A program made the translations under genes and the position numbers. Below are positions 41,672 through 54,339 of a DNA stretch of 64,000 nucleotides, piece after piece. Source of the DNA: Camelus ferus (lineage: Eukaryota); the NCBI RefSeq assembly GCF_009834535.1, contig NC_045707.1, positions 56,732,001-56,796,000 on the forward strand, read 5' to 3'. The notes below the pieces were generated by a model, which was given only the letters and a program-made list of their open reading frames with translations, was not told the origin of the DNA and searched no databases. Within the stretch, counting starts at the first letter, position 1. The number at the start of each line of letters is the position of its first letter.

Positions 41672-43769
41672 GAAAAGGACTAGGTAGGTTGAAATTAATA
41701 ACACCTCTAAACTGTACATTCCATACATCACCCCTCCACAGGCACAGAAAATGCCTAAAAGTTATGCAAATTAATTTGCAACAAAGAATTTACCTCAAGT
41801 TATAAAGAAAATGTTTTTTTCCCTCAGGGTCCTAAATATTCATATTCCTTCCTCTGATGCTTTATCCACAAGAATCCTACATAAAAATATCTCCTCTCTT
41901 AGAAGCAAATATTTTCAGCCTTTGGCCTACTAAATCAGAAACTCTGAATTTTTGTCATCTTCATGTTTTCCTCCTGGAATACGGTTATCCATGGTGGCAT
42001 TCATGTAAATATATTTTATGTGACTTATTTTAAAATGTCCCTCAACTAATTTATCTGAATAGGATTATTCTTATCATATTGGTTACAGTATTCGGTATTG
42101 CAGGTTCCAAATATACATAAATTTGTTTAAAAAATTAATGTCAGATACTTCCTTGATTGATTATTCTAACCTGATTTGAACTAAAATAGTATATTCATCC
42201 AGTCACTCATATTTATTCAGTGCCTAACATATGTAGACATTGATCCAGGAGTTGGAAATTGATCAGTGAATGAAACAAGGTCTTGGCTTTGAGGTAACAC
42301 CCTGAATAGTAAATGGGAGAGCATTTGTACATTTTGGAAGTTTTTATTGATTGATTTTCTTTTTACTAAAGAGAACCCATGTATTCTTAAGAGTTTCTAA
42401 GTAAATATTATTACTGAAAAGTGTAAATTGTCTTTTTCTAAATAATGTAAATCTAAATCCAATAGTGTGATACAATTATGTATAGATTTTTCAGAGGGAG
42501 TGGCCTATAAATTCTTCATAATTATAAATATAACTTATTTAATTTCTTTGCTTTCCTTTTTCTTTCCTTCCTCAAACTAACTGGATATGTCTCCCTAAGT
42601 CTGAGCTGAGAGTTGTTACAAGGGAAGAGAATTGTAACTAGAATAAATAATTATATTTTGTCAATCAGTTTTTAAATAATTTATCATATAGCATAGCATT
42701 TAGCAAATCAGAATAGCTTAATGTCTTAAAAAAGTATTTACTGAGAAATTATCTTGCTTGGAATGTACACTTTCTAACAAGACCTCCCAATTGAGAGGGA
42801 GGGGAAAACAGATCTTCCTTTTTATGTTTAATTTGTTATACAATTGAAACATGTTCATTAAATAAAATTTAGAAATTCAGAGGAAAATCTACATTTTCTA
42901 TGTAAGCTTGCTACTTCTCTCATTAGGTAATATCAATGATTTATTTTAATAACAACAAAAAAAGTGATTCTAGATTCATAATAAACCCAGATTTAAGATT
43001 AAAATCACTTACTTTCACATACAAAAAAACTTGCTTCTTAAGAGAAAAAATATTCAAGGTCAAATGGTAGAACTCTATTTCCTTTTAAGTGTATAAAGTT
43101 TTAGGATAAAAGAGTATCTTTTCAGCTAGTGGGAGAAAACCAGCAGGAGATCAAATAGGACAGGACTAATTGGACCCCATTTTAATAGGTTAACTTTTTT
43201 ATTGCCTGTTTAAAAAAAAAATAATCTGTCCATAAAATCTTTAATTCCTTTCCTGAGAGAAGAGTTCATGATATGGCTTAATAAATTCCTTGATCGATAA
43301 TGAATTCTGAAGAAATAAAAATACAGTAAATATGTATTATAAGCAAAAAGTTTTGTTGAAGCCAATATATACAGGAAAACTTCAAAAGACCACACTTAAT
43401 TATAGGTCTCAATTGAACCTGCAAAAATATTGTGAGATCTGTTCACCTTGATTTATGTTCTGCTTAATAAGAGAAGCCTGGTTGCTTCATGGTTTTATAA
43501 GTCAAATACGCAAGATTGATGTGCAAATATGCACTTTGCAAAATCTTTTTCCTTACTATTCATTCAGTCACAATGTCTCCTGATGAAATTATGCTACCAC
43601 ATTCTTTGTGTTTGGATTATGAGAGTGGAGAACCTGCAGGCCACATACCTGGTAGAAGTGAAAAGCCAGCTTTTTTCCCCTTAACAATATGTAATTCAAA
43701 ATAAAACAAAACACATCAAAGCAATTTTCAATGACTATTGTTGTTGCTACTACTGCTACTGAATGCTAC

Positions 43770-43970
43770 TAACAGCTAACCCTTATTTGCACTGGCTATG
43801 TGCAATCATTTACGCTCCTATCAGTCATGTGAGGCAGGTATTATTATCGCATGAGTTTCATATATGAGACACTAAAACACAGAAATGTTAAGTAACTAAT
43901 CCAATGTTACATCAGTGGTAAAGTCAACATTTGAAACTAAGTATTCTGGCTTTAAAGCTCATATTTCTAA
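43770..43970 (-). mobile_element. MIR SINE
   Basis: tgtgaggcaggtattattatc...atgagacactaaaacacagaaatgttaagtaact. Confidence 0.7.
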
Positions 43971-45089
43971 ATAAGCTATGTAACCCCATATATTAATACT
44001 AACACAAAACTGTATGACACAAAGCCACAATGTTTTGAAATTAAATTAGCTTCTTTGTTGGTTTTCTGATTGCAAAATTCTGGATAAATTATTTTTTCAT
44101 TTTGGCGGACCCTGCTTGTTCAGACAATTATATAACAACACTGGGAATTAGGAATGAGGTCAGGGAGCTGCCTAAGGAAATTAGAGTTGAAGAATATAAA
44201 GTGCAAAACCATTTAGAGGAAACAAATCAATGGACGTGTAGTGGTGATCACTTGAGCAGAAAGATACGTTTTCTAAGGAAAATATATTTTAGACTAGCAT
44301 GTATGTGTGTGCAGATTGAGACTGGATCATTTATAAATGCTCCTATGGGGGGAATTCTTTCCATGGGGTTTGAAGAATATCATATGCTTTCTAGTGCCTC
44401 CTCAAAAGGATGCCTTTAAATTGCCTTATTTATTACTAAACCACTAGGTAGAAATGAATTGGATATATATGTTCATATTTTTATTATGTGGTCAGACATT
44501 GAATGAGGAGTATTTTTAATCTGCGTTGTAAAATAGGTTAAAAATAAAGTGTGAGTCATCTGCTATGATGATTCAGCAGCTAAAAATCACAGTGCTTTTT
44601 GAACATTCGTTTGTGTCAATATGACTGAGTCATTCATACATAATTGCTTTTTCTTTATAGGATTCCATATCATAACTGATAGTTACATGACTTAAGGTAT
44701 CAAAACTCAACATAGTAGTAATCATCACAAAAGTGATTTTCTTAGAAATTTAAGGATCCTTAAATATACAGAAATGGCCAAGACAACAGAAATGTGTGTG
44801 GAAGAAGATATATTGTAAGCTCTGCAAACTTTTTTATGATTCATACTGATAATTGTTCATAACAATGCAGGCAATCAGTTGATAACTTGGTATTTTCCCC
44901 CAACATCCCTTTGCTTTTAGAAATATAATTAGAGTTGTACAAATGCTTAAAAACCAGAACAAGAAAAATCCTTATTTCTTTTGTTGATTCATTGGTGTAA
45001 AAATTTTAATTCTGTGAAATATTTGTATTTTATAATGAGCCATTATATGGAAAATATTATTAGAAATATATGATAAGTTTAGTTCTTAT

Positions 45090-45731
45090 AGTATCTATTC
45101 CTGTAATAAACAATTATAGTTTTGTAAAACATCTAACCAACTGACTTAAAACAACAACATTTATTATTTTACGGTCTCTGTGGGTAGAGATTTAGTGTAA
45201 TTTAGCTGTGTCCTCGGACTCAGGGTCTCTCACAAGGCTGCAAAGTGTTGCTCAGGGTTGCAGCCATCTCAATCTCAAATAGGGAAAGAGTGGCTTCTGA
45301 GTTCATATACGTGAGCTCACAGACTTTATTTCCTGGCTGGTTGTTGGCATGAGACATTAGTTTCTTGCCATGTGGACCTTCCCGTAGGGATATTTGTAAT
45401 ATGGCAGCTTCCCCAGAGGATTGAGAGAGTATGAGTGAGAGAGAGAGAGAGAGAGAGGTCACAATTTTTTTAACCTGATTTCAGAAGTGACATCCCTAAG
45501 GGGTGAGTATAGCTCAGTGGTAGAGCATGTACTTAGCATGCATGAGGTCCTGGGTTCAATCCCCAGTACCTCCATTTAAAAAAATTAATAAATAAAAATA
45601 GAAGTGACATCCCATCAACTTTGACCATATTTTCATTAGGTCCAGCCCACACTCAAGGGGGATGGATTACACAAGGGCATGAAATTTAGGAGATGGGATC
45701 ACTGAGAGCTGTTTTAGATTCTTTCTACCAC
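45090..45731 (-). mobile_element. MLT1F-like MaLR LTR, interrupted by a SINE
   Basis: Minus strand begins tgtggtagaaagaatctaaaacagctctcagtgatcccatctcc...gcccttgtgtaatccatccccttgagtgtgggctggaccta. Confidence 0.8.
45497..45599 (+). mobile_element. tRNA-Ala-derived SINE (camelid Vic-1 type) with 14-bp TSD
   Basis: ggggtgagtatagctcagtggtagagcatgtacttagcatgcatgaggtcctgggttcaatccccagtacctcca (A box, B box), A-rich tail, TSD agaagtgacatccc at 45483-45496 and 45600-45613. Confidence 0.9.
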
Positions 45732-46532
45732 AGTTTTCAAAGATAGCTTAAACAATATTGCAAAATAAATGAGAAGTATCTTTTCTTCTCTTTCCGTTTT
45801 TGATAATGTCCTTCTTTATAGAATTCTCTCCTTGGGTGTTACTTCTGGTCTGAAATGACTCATCTCCTTCTCACGACTGAATAAAGTTTGCTTTGGGCTA
45901 TTATCCACCAATAGGTACTTGTCAAAGTAATCTTATTTTATGAGCAAGACATTTGGCAAATGCATTGAGGACAATGAAAGAATGGGTAACTTAATGTACT
46001 TCTTCCCATTGAGTTTGCACTTGAGATGCTTAAGATTGGGTAGAATTTGTGGAAATGATTCACTTGGTGTTAGTGACTAATTCCAATAATGTGTTATCTT
46101 TTAATTATGCCTTACATTTCAGTGCTTTAGAATAGAAGAAAAATACATAATGGGAGAATATCAGGTACTGGGACCTGAAAGGGGTTACTTTTTAGTAGAG
46201 GTCTTCAGAAGGCCTTGCTACCATCATGTAGGCAACTGTCTACTCCAAGCCTCCTTCCATGGCTTTGGGGATTTTTTGAATCAATATATTTATTGAGAAC
46301 CTATAGAACAGAGAGAGGTAGATAAATCTCTACTAAGGGAGTTGGGAAGAAAACACATAGAATGATAATATAAGGCAATATATATGTGAAAATAAATATA
46401 ATGGAAATTCAGTGGATAGAGAAATCACTCCTGGCTGAGCTGGTCAAGAAAGCACTGGTTGTTTTGAATCTGTGATACCCTTTAGATCCTGTAATTCAGG
46501 CAAGCCTTCTCTGGCTTACATTTTTAATATCC

Positions 46533-47008
46533 TGTTGTACTACGTTGAATAATGGTTCCCCAAAGGTGTTCACGTTTTAACTCCCAGAACCTGCAAATAA
46601 GTTACCTAACATGGTAAACAGGACTTTATAGACATATTTAAGGATCTTGAGATGGAAAGATTGTTCTGAGTTATTTGGGTGGGTCCAGTGTAATCATAAG
46701 AGTCCTTATAAGAGGAAGGCAAGAGGGTTAGAGACAGGAAAAGGAGATGTGAAAATATAACCAGAAATTAGAGTGAAGCTCTTTGAAGATGGAGAGTGGA
46801 CCATAAGCCAAGGACCATAGGTTGCCTTTAGAAGTTGGAAAAAGCAATAAAAGAGATTCTCCACTGAAGTCTCCAGAAGGAACACAGCCCTGCCAACACT
46901 TTGGTTTTCAAATTTCTGGCCTCTAAAACTGTGAGAAAATACATTTGTGTTGTTTTAAGTCACTGAATTTGTAGTAATCCATTAAAGCAGCCATAGGAAA
47001 TTAATGTA
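46533..47008 (+). mobile_element. MLT1C/D-like MaLR solo LTR
   Basis: gttgaataatggttccccaaagg...ctccagaaggaacacagccctgccaacactttgg...gttgttttaagtcactgaatttgtagtaatccattaaagcagccataggaaattaat. Confidence 0.85.
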
Positions 47009-47141
47009 CTCTTTATACCCTGGGATTCACCTCATATACCTCCAGGTGCTATATTATCTTAAACCTTCTAGGTGGTCCTCTTGGGTCAACAACATTTCAG
47101 ATTGCCTTTCTTCTTGTGTAGCCCACATCTGGTCTTCAGAA

Positions 47142-47157
47142 TGTGTGTGTGTGTGTG

Positions 47158-47202
<45 letters not shown>
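47142..47202. repeat. (TG)n microsatellite, one interruption
   Basis: Visible TG run. Confidence 0.97.
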
Positions 47203-47204
<2 letters not shown>

Positions 47205-47294
47205 GGGGTTAGGAAGTGAGAAAATTCCTGATCTTTGGTTCCCATGTCTGAAGATACCACATATCTTGAAAAACAAAGATACTGTGCTATACAC

Positions 47295-48225
47295 AAAGAA
47301 GACAACAAATGTTGATGAAGATATAGATAAATCAGAACCCTTGTATACTGTTGGTGGGAATGCACAATAGTGCAGCCTATGTGAAAAACAGTATAGAGAT
47401 TCCTCAAAAAATTAAACATAGAAGTACCATATAATCCAGCAATCCCACTTCTAGGTATTTATCCAAAAGAATTTAAATTAGGACCTCAAAAAGATTTTAG
47501 CACCTCCATGTTCATTGCAACACTGTTCACAGCAGCTGAGATGTGGAAAAGGTCTAAATGGATGAATGGGTAAAGAAAAAAATAATATGTGTACACGTAT
47601 ATATACACACACATATATGCACAATGGAATGTTATACAACCTTTAAAATGTTCCTGCAAAATACAACATGGATGAATCTTGAGGATATTGTGCTAAGTAA
47701 AATAAGCCAGTCATAGAAGGGTAAATTCTGCATGATACCACTTACATGAAGTATCTAAAGTAGTCAAAATCATAGAAGCAGAAAGTAGTGGTTTCCAGGG
47801 ACTGCAGAGGGGGGGAAATGAGGAGATGCTAACCAATAGGTATAAAGTGTCAGTTAAGCAAAATGAGTAAGTCTAGAGACCTGCTGTACAACATTGCATC
47901 TACAGTTAATAGTAGATGTGCAGTTACAAATTTATTAAGTTACAATTTAAAATATTTAAAATATGTATGTATAATAAACAGATATTTCTAATATATATCT
48001 AACTATGTATCTCTCTTACTAAATGTTATGTATTAAGCCAATTAACATAGTTTTAAGGTAATTATGAGAAGCTGGTAAGAAAGCAGAGGAAATATTTTAA
48101 AATTCATTAAATTCACACTTCCAGAAAAGTTTGGCAAAGGATTTTCATCTAACTATTAAGTTAGTTGTGCATTGTGCAGTTACAGATTTATTAAGAGGAT
48201 AGATCTCATGTTAAATGTGCTTATT
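47295..48225 (+). mobile_element. L1MA/MB 3' end containing a 209-bp foreign insertion
   Basis: tactgttggtgggaatg...tcctcaaaaaattaaacatagaagtaccatataatccagcaatcccacttctagg; the 3'UTR resumes after the insertion (ttattaagaggatagatctcatgttaa). Confidence 0.88.
47953..48161 (-). repeat. inverted duplicate of 49625-49833
   Basis: Manual comparison: reverse complement match over 209 bp with 2 mismatches seen. Confidence 0.95.
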
Positions 48226-49624
48226 ATATGTATACATAATTATATATGTACTTTTTCCTACCTAATATGTCAATAATGCCCCCATTAAGAGAAGATGTTT
48301 TCAATTCTGACAGAACCTTTCTTTGCAATATTTTAGCAAGACCTGGTGCAGTTCTTTGCTTGAGGATGTGGGAATGCTTGTCACCATAGCATTGTTCTTG
48401 GCCTTTGGGCCAAGCTAAATTTGAGAAGAATTCCAACTTTAATATTAGATTATATATAGCTACTACATTATGTATTCAAAATTCACAATCTAGTTTTGAG
48501 GATGCTGGAGGCAAAGGAATAAAAACTAATCTACCATTAAAAAGTAACTGCAAGCAGTTCTTTGCATGCTATGGTGTTAACTGAAACCAGTGCATCTCAG
48601 AACCAGAGTAACTGTGTCCTTGCTTTACCCAGCAACTGAGTTGCCACAGAACTTTGCAAACCAGGACATGGTTCTTATACTCACCAGATTTGGTTAACAC
48701 AGTGAGGACTATTTGCATTTGCTGTTTGGGTGGCTTCATTTAAGAGAGTGAGTCATTTTTTTTTTTTTTTTTTGCCACTGCACTCATCTCAAGATTTGGA
48801 ATTCTTACCTGGCTGTGTGGCTCAGTTGAATGTTCTCATTTACATCTGGGAGGAATAATAAATAAGGAGATATCGGTTCCAGAAATACTAAGGAAAGGAG
48901 AGATCTGAATATAAAATATTCCAATCTTATTATATATATGTAATATATATATATTTTAATTTACTGTATCTTATAAATCAAAGCATATTTATTATAAACT
49001 TTGAAACTTGTTTTTTTTTTTGAAACTTGTTCAGTTCAAAAGAAGAAAAAGAGACTGTTTATAGAACATATGCTGACTACAGAACATTCTGTCATTGACT
49101 CTAAATCTCCAGGTTGCAAGACTCTCATATTATGCTATATAATCTCAGTTAGTTTGGTAGCATAAGATCAGTGCATTTTATACTCTTATTTCAGTCAGTT
49201 TCATTTCCTTTTATTTAATAGTATTTTGAGAATGTGATATTGATATTGCAAATATTGATTCATATCAGAATCCTGGTAGCATCAATTGACACAGAGCTGC
49301 TTTGAAGAAAAATAGAGAAATTATATGTCCTCTTGCTATTTCTGGTTACCATTATACTTGTCATTCTTTATTTCGAAAACAGAAGAAATAGGAAATGAAC
49401 TTAAAATTTACCTCTTGAGATTTAGAACTTGACAAATTTTTTCTTAAAGAAAATAGGAATGTAAAGGGAATTTGTCAGTACATTCCTTAGATTCAAATTA
49501 GACATCTTTCTGAAATTTTTGCATATCTGATTTTAGAAAAATGCTTCTCATTACTGTTTTATCAATTTCTCTACCAGATTCCTCCATGGCTACTATTTCC
49601 AAAATTAAGGTATTATCATGAAAT

Positions 49625-49833
49625 ACTTAATAGTTAGTTGAAAATCCTTTGCCAAACTTTTCTGGAAGTGTGAATTTAATGAATTTTAAAATATTTCCTC
49701 TGCTTTCCTACCAGCTTCTCATAATTACCTTAAAACTATGTTAATTGGCTTAATACATAACATTTAGTAAGAGAGATACATAGTTAGATATATATTAGAA
49801 ATATCTGTTTATTATACATACATATTTTAAATA
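49625..49833 (+). repeat. likely donor copy of the inverted duplication
   Basis: Reverse complement of 47953-48161, embedded in apparently unique AT-rich sequence. Confidence 0.93.
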
Positions 49834-50629
49834 AACTATTTGCTCTGTTTTTGTTTTCAGTTCACAAGCAATTCTTCCTTGCAGTTATTTATAAATTAAA
49901 ATGATTCATTGCTTTTAGTAACCAAAGTCAATGGTATTGCAGATAATAGTTGGGAAAGACAGATATATTTTATCCTTTCCTCTAAAAAAGTCACCTAAGG
50001 ATAATTTCCAGTTTCTTTTTTTAACCGACTAAAAATTTTAGGCTATTATTAAAACCTGATTTTTAAAAAGGGTAGGGTATTGTATTTTTTCCTACTTATT
50101 TACTTGTGTTGTGAGTCAGATAGGGAAAGATCAAGCATCAAATAATTGAAGGTTTAATTGTAAATTAAGATCCTAGTAATTGAGCCTCTGACTCTGAACC
50201 AGCAAAGGCTGATAGATAGATGAGGCACATAAAGCAATTTCTCCAAGGTCACACAGCTAATAAGTAGTTAAGCTAGGCTTGAAACTTTTCTTGATCACTA
50301 AGATATTTCTTCTTGCATGTGTTTTACATTTTGTAGGCTTGAGGTAGAATTAAAAGGCTGCTGACTATCCCTCAGCCAGGGTCTCTTGGGATGGTACCTC
50401 TTTTTAATGAAAATATCTGATCATCAGTCTTGTTATCCAGAAGCTGAAATTCAGCAGTAAACTCAAAGATAATCAGCTTCTCAGTGGCTGGTATACACTA
50501 ACCAAATCCATATATATCCAGAATGAAAGTTTATTAATATAGGATAAGGCGCATTTCAGTAGTCCAGAGTACTATTGTCAGCCAGTCAGCTTGTCTTCTC
50601 TTTGTAGGAGATCATGGAAGGCTAAATTC

Positions 50630-51800
50630 AACATAAATTTATCAAATTCCTTCAATATTCATTGGTCATGCTTTCTAGTAATTATTGAAGAAATAGAGCT
50701 GATAAATGCCCCACTGAGTTAATTTAACCTTCAAATGAATGGCAGAGACAGATAAGTAAAATGACAATTATAAAATGATGTGGTAGAGTTACGAGTGCAT
50801 TAAGTACAAGAAGCTGTGGAAGTAACAGCAGAAATATTACCCCAGCTCAAGGGCCTCAGGAAAGTCTCCTGAGACGAGGTGATGCTTGGGTTGAGTCTCA
50901 AAGGGTGAGTAAGATTAATCCAGAAGAGGAGTGTGGCTTTCTAGGCAGAAGGGTCTGTGGTGCAGAAGCATAGAAGTAAGAAGACACTTGACACAAAAAT
51001 GAAGTACAGGATCATTATGATTGGAGTATAAGGTTTCTTTCGAGGAAGTGGTGAAAGGTGAAATAAGAAAAGCGGTACAAAATTGTATAATGAAAGACCA
51101 TGCAAAAAGATGCTTGATATTTTTTTCTTCCTAAGAAGAATGGGATCTTATTAAGAATTTTGAGTACAGGAGTGACATACATATATATTTGATTTGAAAC
51201 ACATCATTCTGAAGTAGTGGTTCTTCAACTTTAGCCTGCATCAGACTCACTTGGAGGGTTTGTTTAATGCAGTTTCTGATTCAGCAGGACTGGGGTAAAG
51301 CCCCCCCCGCCCAATGCATTTGTAAGTCCCCAGGTGACACTAATGCTACTGGTCTCCAGGTCACACTTTGAGAACCACTTCTCTGAAGAGATCATATAAG
51401 GGCAAGAGTAGAAGAATGAACTCAGAACAGATACTATTTTGGAGAAATCCAAGAATTGGGGAAAAGTAAAATGAGGTTTTGAACTAAGGTAATGAATGCA
51501 GTGGCTACTGAAAACAGGTAGTAGATTGAGCTAAGCAGATGTTGAGAAGGAAAAATTGACTCACTTGGTATTTGAATACCTGAGTGAGAGAAGATTCTAT
51601 TGACCTCCAGAATCTCAGTTGGGTGATTGAATGTTTATTGGAAATGCCAACAGAGATAAGTGCTGGTGGAAGAAATTGGATGGAGGCAGTTGGCCAGAGT
51701 AATGACAGAGGAAGAGAGGAGATGATGTCTGATTTGGACATATTGAATTTGAGATAATAAGGACCCATTAATGTGTAAAAGTTGGCAAAGAGGAGCAGTG
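50630..51800 (-). mobile_element. L2 fragments interrupted by MER5A
   Basis: aggaaagtctcctgagacgaggtgatgcttgggttgagtc; gatttggacatattgaatttgagat. Confidence 0.65.
51215..51380. mobile_element. MER5A hAT-Charlie MITE with 8-bp TSD
   Basis: Termini agtggttct.../...agaaccact; flanks ttctgaag (51207-51214) and ctctgaag (51381-51388). Confidence 0.85.
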
Positions 51801-52344
51801 TCTGAGTCAGGATTTAGCAAAAGGTTCCCTTTATCACCTCAGCCATATGGAAGGGAATAGACAAGAAAAAAAAAAGAACAGCACAAAAAAATCATAAAGG
51901 CAAGTGCTTCAAAGAGGCTATGCCATGAAAAAGGCAGAACTTTGAATCTCTTTAGCACTTTCTTCAGAAAACCCTATTCCATGCAACATTGTCACAATTA
52001 TGTTTTTGATATGTAATGGATTTACTGTCTAGGTTTGAGTTTGAGGAGAATACTTTGGAATTAGAAATATATAGCAAAAGTCTTTGGAATTTTAATTTTT
52101 GGCTAAATCCAGTGGCATTAATGTTCATATCTGTAAGTCAAATAAGGATATTCTTTTTTCCATCAGAGAATATCCACGTTACCTCAGAAAAATTCTGCTT
52201 GCAATTTTATTCATTCCTTCTGTAAATATTGAATAAGTATGTTTTCTCCCAAGTCACTATATAACAAGCCAAGATATCCTCCACATTTTTTCCACGTCTT
52301 CACTTAGAAGAGCATAACTGTTAAAAATCATTGCCCCTGTAGTT

Positions 52345-52535
52345 AGCCTGTGTAGATTTGAAAAACTTATTAGTTGTGTAACCTTTGTCAAGTCATTTAA
52401 ACTCTTTGAAGACTCAGTTTCATCATCTTTAAAATGGTGAAAACAGTAACAGCTAAAAGAGCTGGGATGCTTTTTAATGAGGCAATGGAGCTCTTAGCAT
52501 GGCATCTGGTAAACGCTCAATAAATGCTAATAATT
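52345..52535 (+). mobile_element. MIR SINE
   Basis: gttgtgtaacctttgtcaagtcatttaaactctttgaagactcagtttcatcatctttaaaatgg...gctcaataaatg. Confidence 0.8.
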
Positions 52536-53941
52536 ATGTTACCCAACCATGGTCTTAGGAGAGACTTACCTAGTATGCACTCAAAAACAAAATACAATAT
52601 TCGCAATGTAAAATACTCAGACTTACTGTCACCCTATAAAATTTACACCTACAACCCCTGTATGTTGTCATTTTAACACATTCATTCTCTGAATTCTTCC
52701 TCTTGTTCTCTGGATCGACATCCTTTCCTACTGAAAGATCCTTGAAGTCAAAGAGCATATCATAGCCTCTGGATTCCATACACCAGCTTCAGTGTGTTGC
52801 TTTGTGCATATTTTGCATGCAATATATGTTTGTTAACTAAGTTGTCTTTGTCATTTGGATGCCCTACTAGACTCTGAAGTCTTTGAAAGCTGTGACCTTG
52901 ACTTATTCAACATCATACTCTCCATGTCCAGCACAGTGCCTCAGTCACAACAGATGCTCAGTCATTCTCACTTAAAGGAATTAATTGTGCGGTTCAAGGA
53001 AAATTCACTTTTGGGCTGGACTATGCTCAAAGTAAAAGTGTAGATATTTCCCCCCTTTTTTTTAATTTTAAAGAATGACTACATAGGACTCTTTCTAGCT
53101 TCCGTAAGAAAGATTTATACAATTGGTTTTGTGTGTTTCCTGCTTCTTCTCTGCCTCCCAGGAAATTTACCCTGTAAAGTTGCCAAGGAAACACTAACAG
53201 CTTAAGTCTGGTAGAGGAGGAAGATGCCTCATTAATAAACTCAGCTTCATTTTTTGGATGCTTGCCTCAAGGAGCTGGTGTTCTGTGATGAAAGATTGTT
53301 TCCAATAAGCCTTATGTAAAAAAGCTGATTTTTTTTAAAAGAAATTTTGTTCTCTGACTGTTACTCATTCCCAGTGCTATGTACCTACACACTATGAAAT
53401 GTTACATAAAAATAAACATTATTGATTTTTAGTTTAATGTATTTGAACTGTTTATTAATGCTCAGCACATATATTAAAGTTTTCAAGCATTGATTTATTT
53501 ATTGTAAAATGATTATGGTATCAGGTCTTTAATTTGAAGTATTGGCAGTATTTCACCAGAAGATAAATTTAATGTATTATTTATTATCTATTAAATCACT
53601 TTGCATATTTTCCTTCTTAGGAACTAGAAACCCTGGGATATATAAAAATGTATTGCCTCAGGATAAGATGATATAGAGTTAAGTGCCTTTTTTTTCAAGG
53701 AGGCTATTTTGTTAGAGATTATAGTCGAAAAAATGTACACTGTGCTTGGGGTTTTAACACCTGGGATTTCAAAGCTTCTTTCCAGCATTTGCCAGCTGTT
53801 TGATCTTGGGCAAGTCATTCATTAGTTTGTTCATTCAAGCATTCTAAAAAGATTTGTTATGCAAACACCATTGCCTTGAGCCATGTTTAAAGTGATGCAT
53901 TTATACAGAAATCAGAAGTACTTCATTATTTAAATATTCTG

Positions 53942-53994
53942 AGCCTTATATATATATATATATATAAGCCTTTTTTATATATATATATATAAGC

Positions 53995-54068
<74 letters not shown>
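53942..54068. repeat. compound (TA)n microsatellite with three agcctt(t)n-initiated units
   Basis: agccttatatat...agccttttttatatat...agccttttatatat... Confidence 0.95.
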
Positions 54069-54339
54069 AATGATATTACCTGCTTTATTCATTCAGCACC
54101 TGTTGGACTCTTGACAGTATTGTTCTTTTACCTTACTCCTTTGGGCTTGGGGTGGTGATGACTTCCAGCTGTTGCTAGTCTCTGTGCTTCACCATTCCCC
54201 TGGATTCATTAAACCACCCTTACCTCTATAGAATATCCTCTGATTAAACGCTCTTTTACATTGTTTTTGAGTTTTCCTTCTGTTTCTGGGTGGAACTTTC
54301 ACTGATTTTGACAGCTAGTTACATTTGCCTTATTTTTGG

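Noticed and set aside
41764..41780. Octamer ATGCAAAT within the palindrome tgcaaattaatttgca
   Set aside because: An isolated short motif in AT-rich DNA; no evidence of function from sequence alone.
45500..45574. tRNA-Ala(AGC)-like gene
   Set aside because: A-rich tail, TSD and altered stems show it is a SINE, not a functional tRNA.
47004..47419. ORFs with CVCV/THTH runs
   Set aside because: Translations of the (TG)n microsatellite and adjacent L1.
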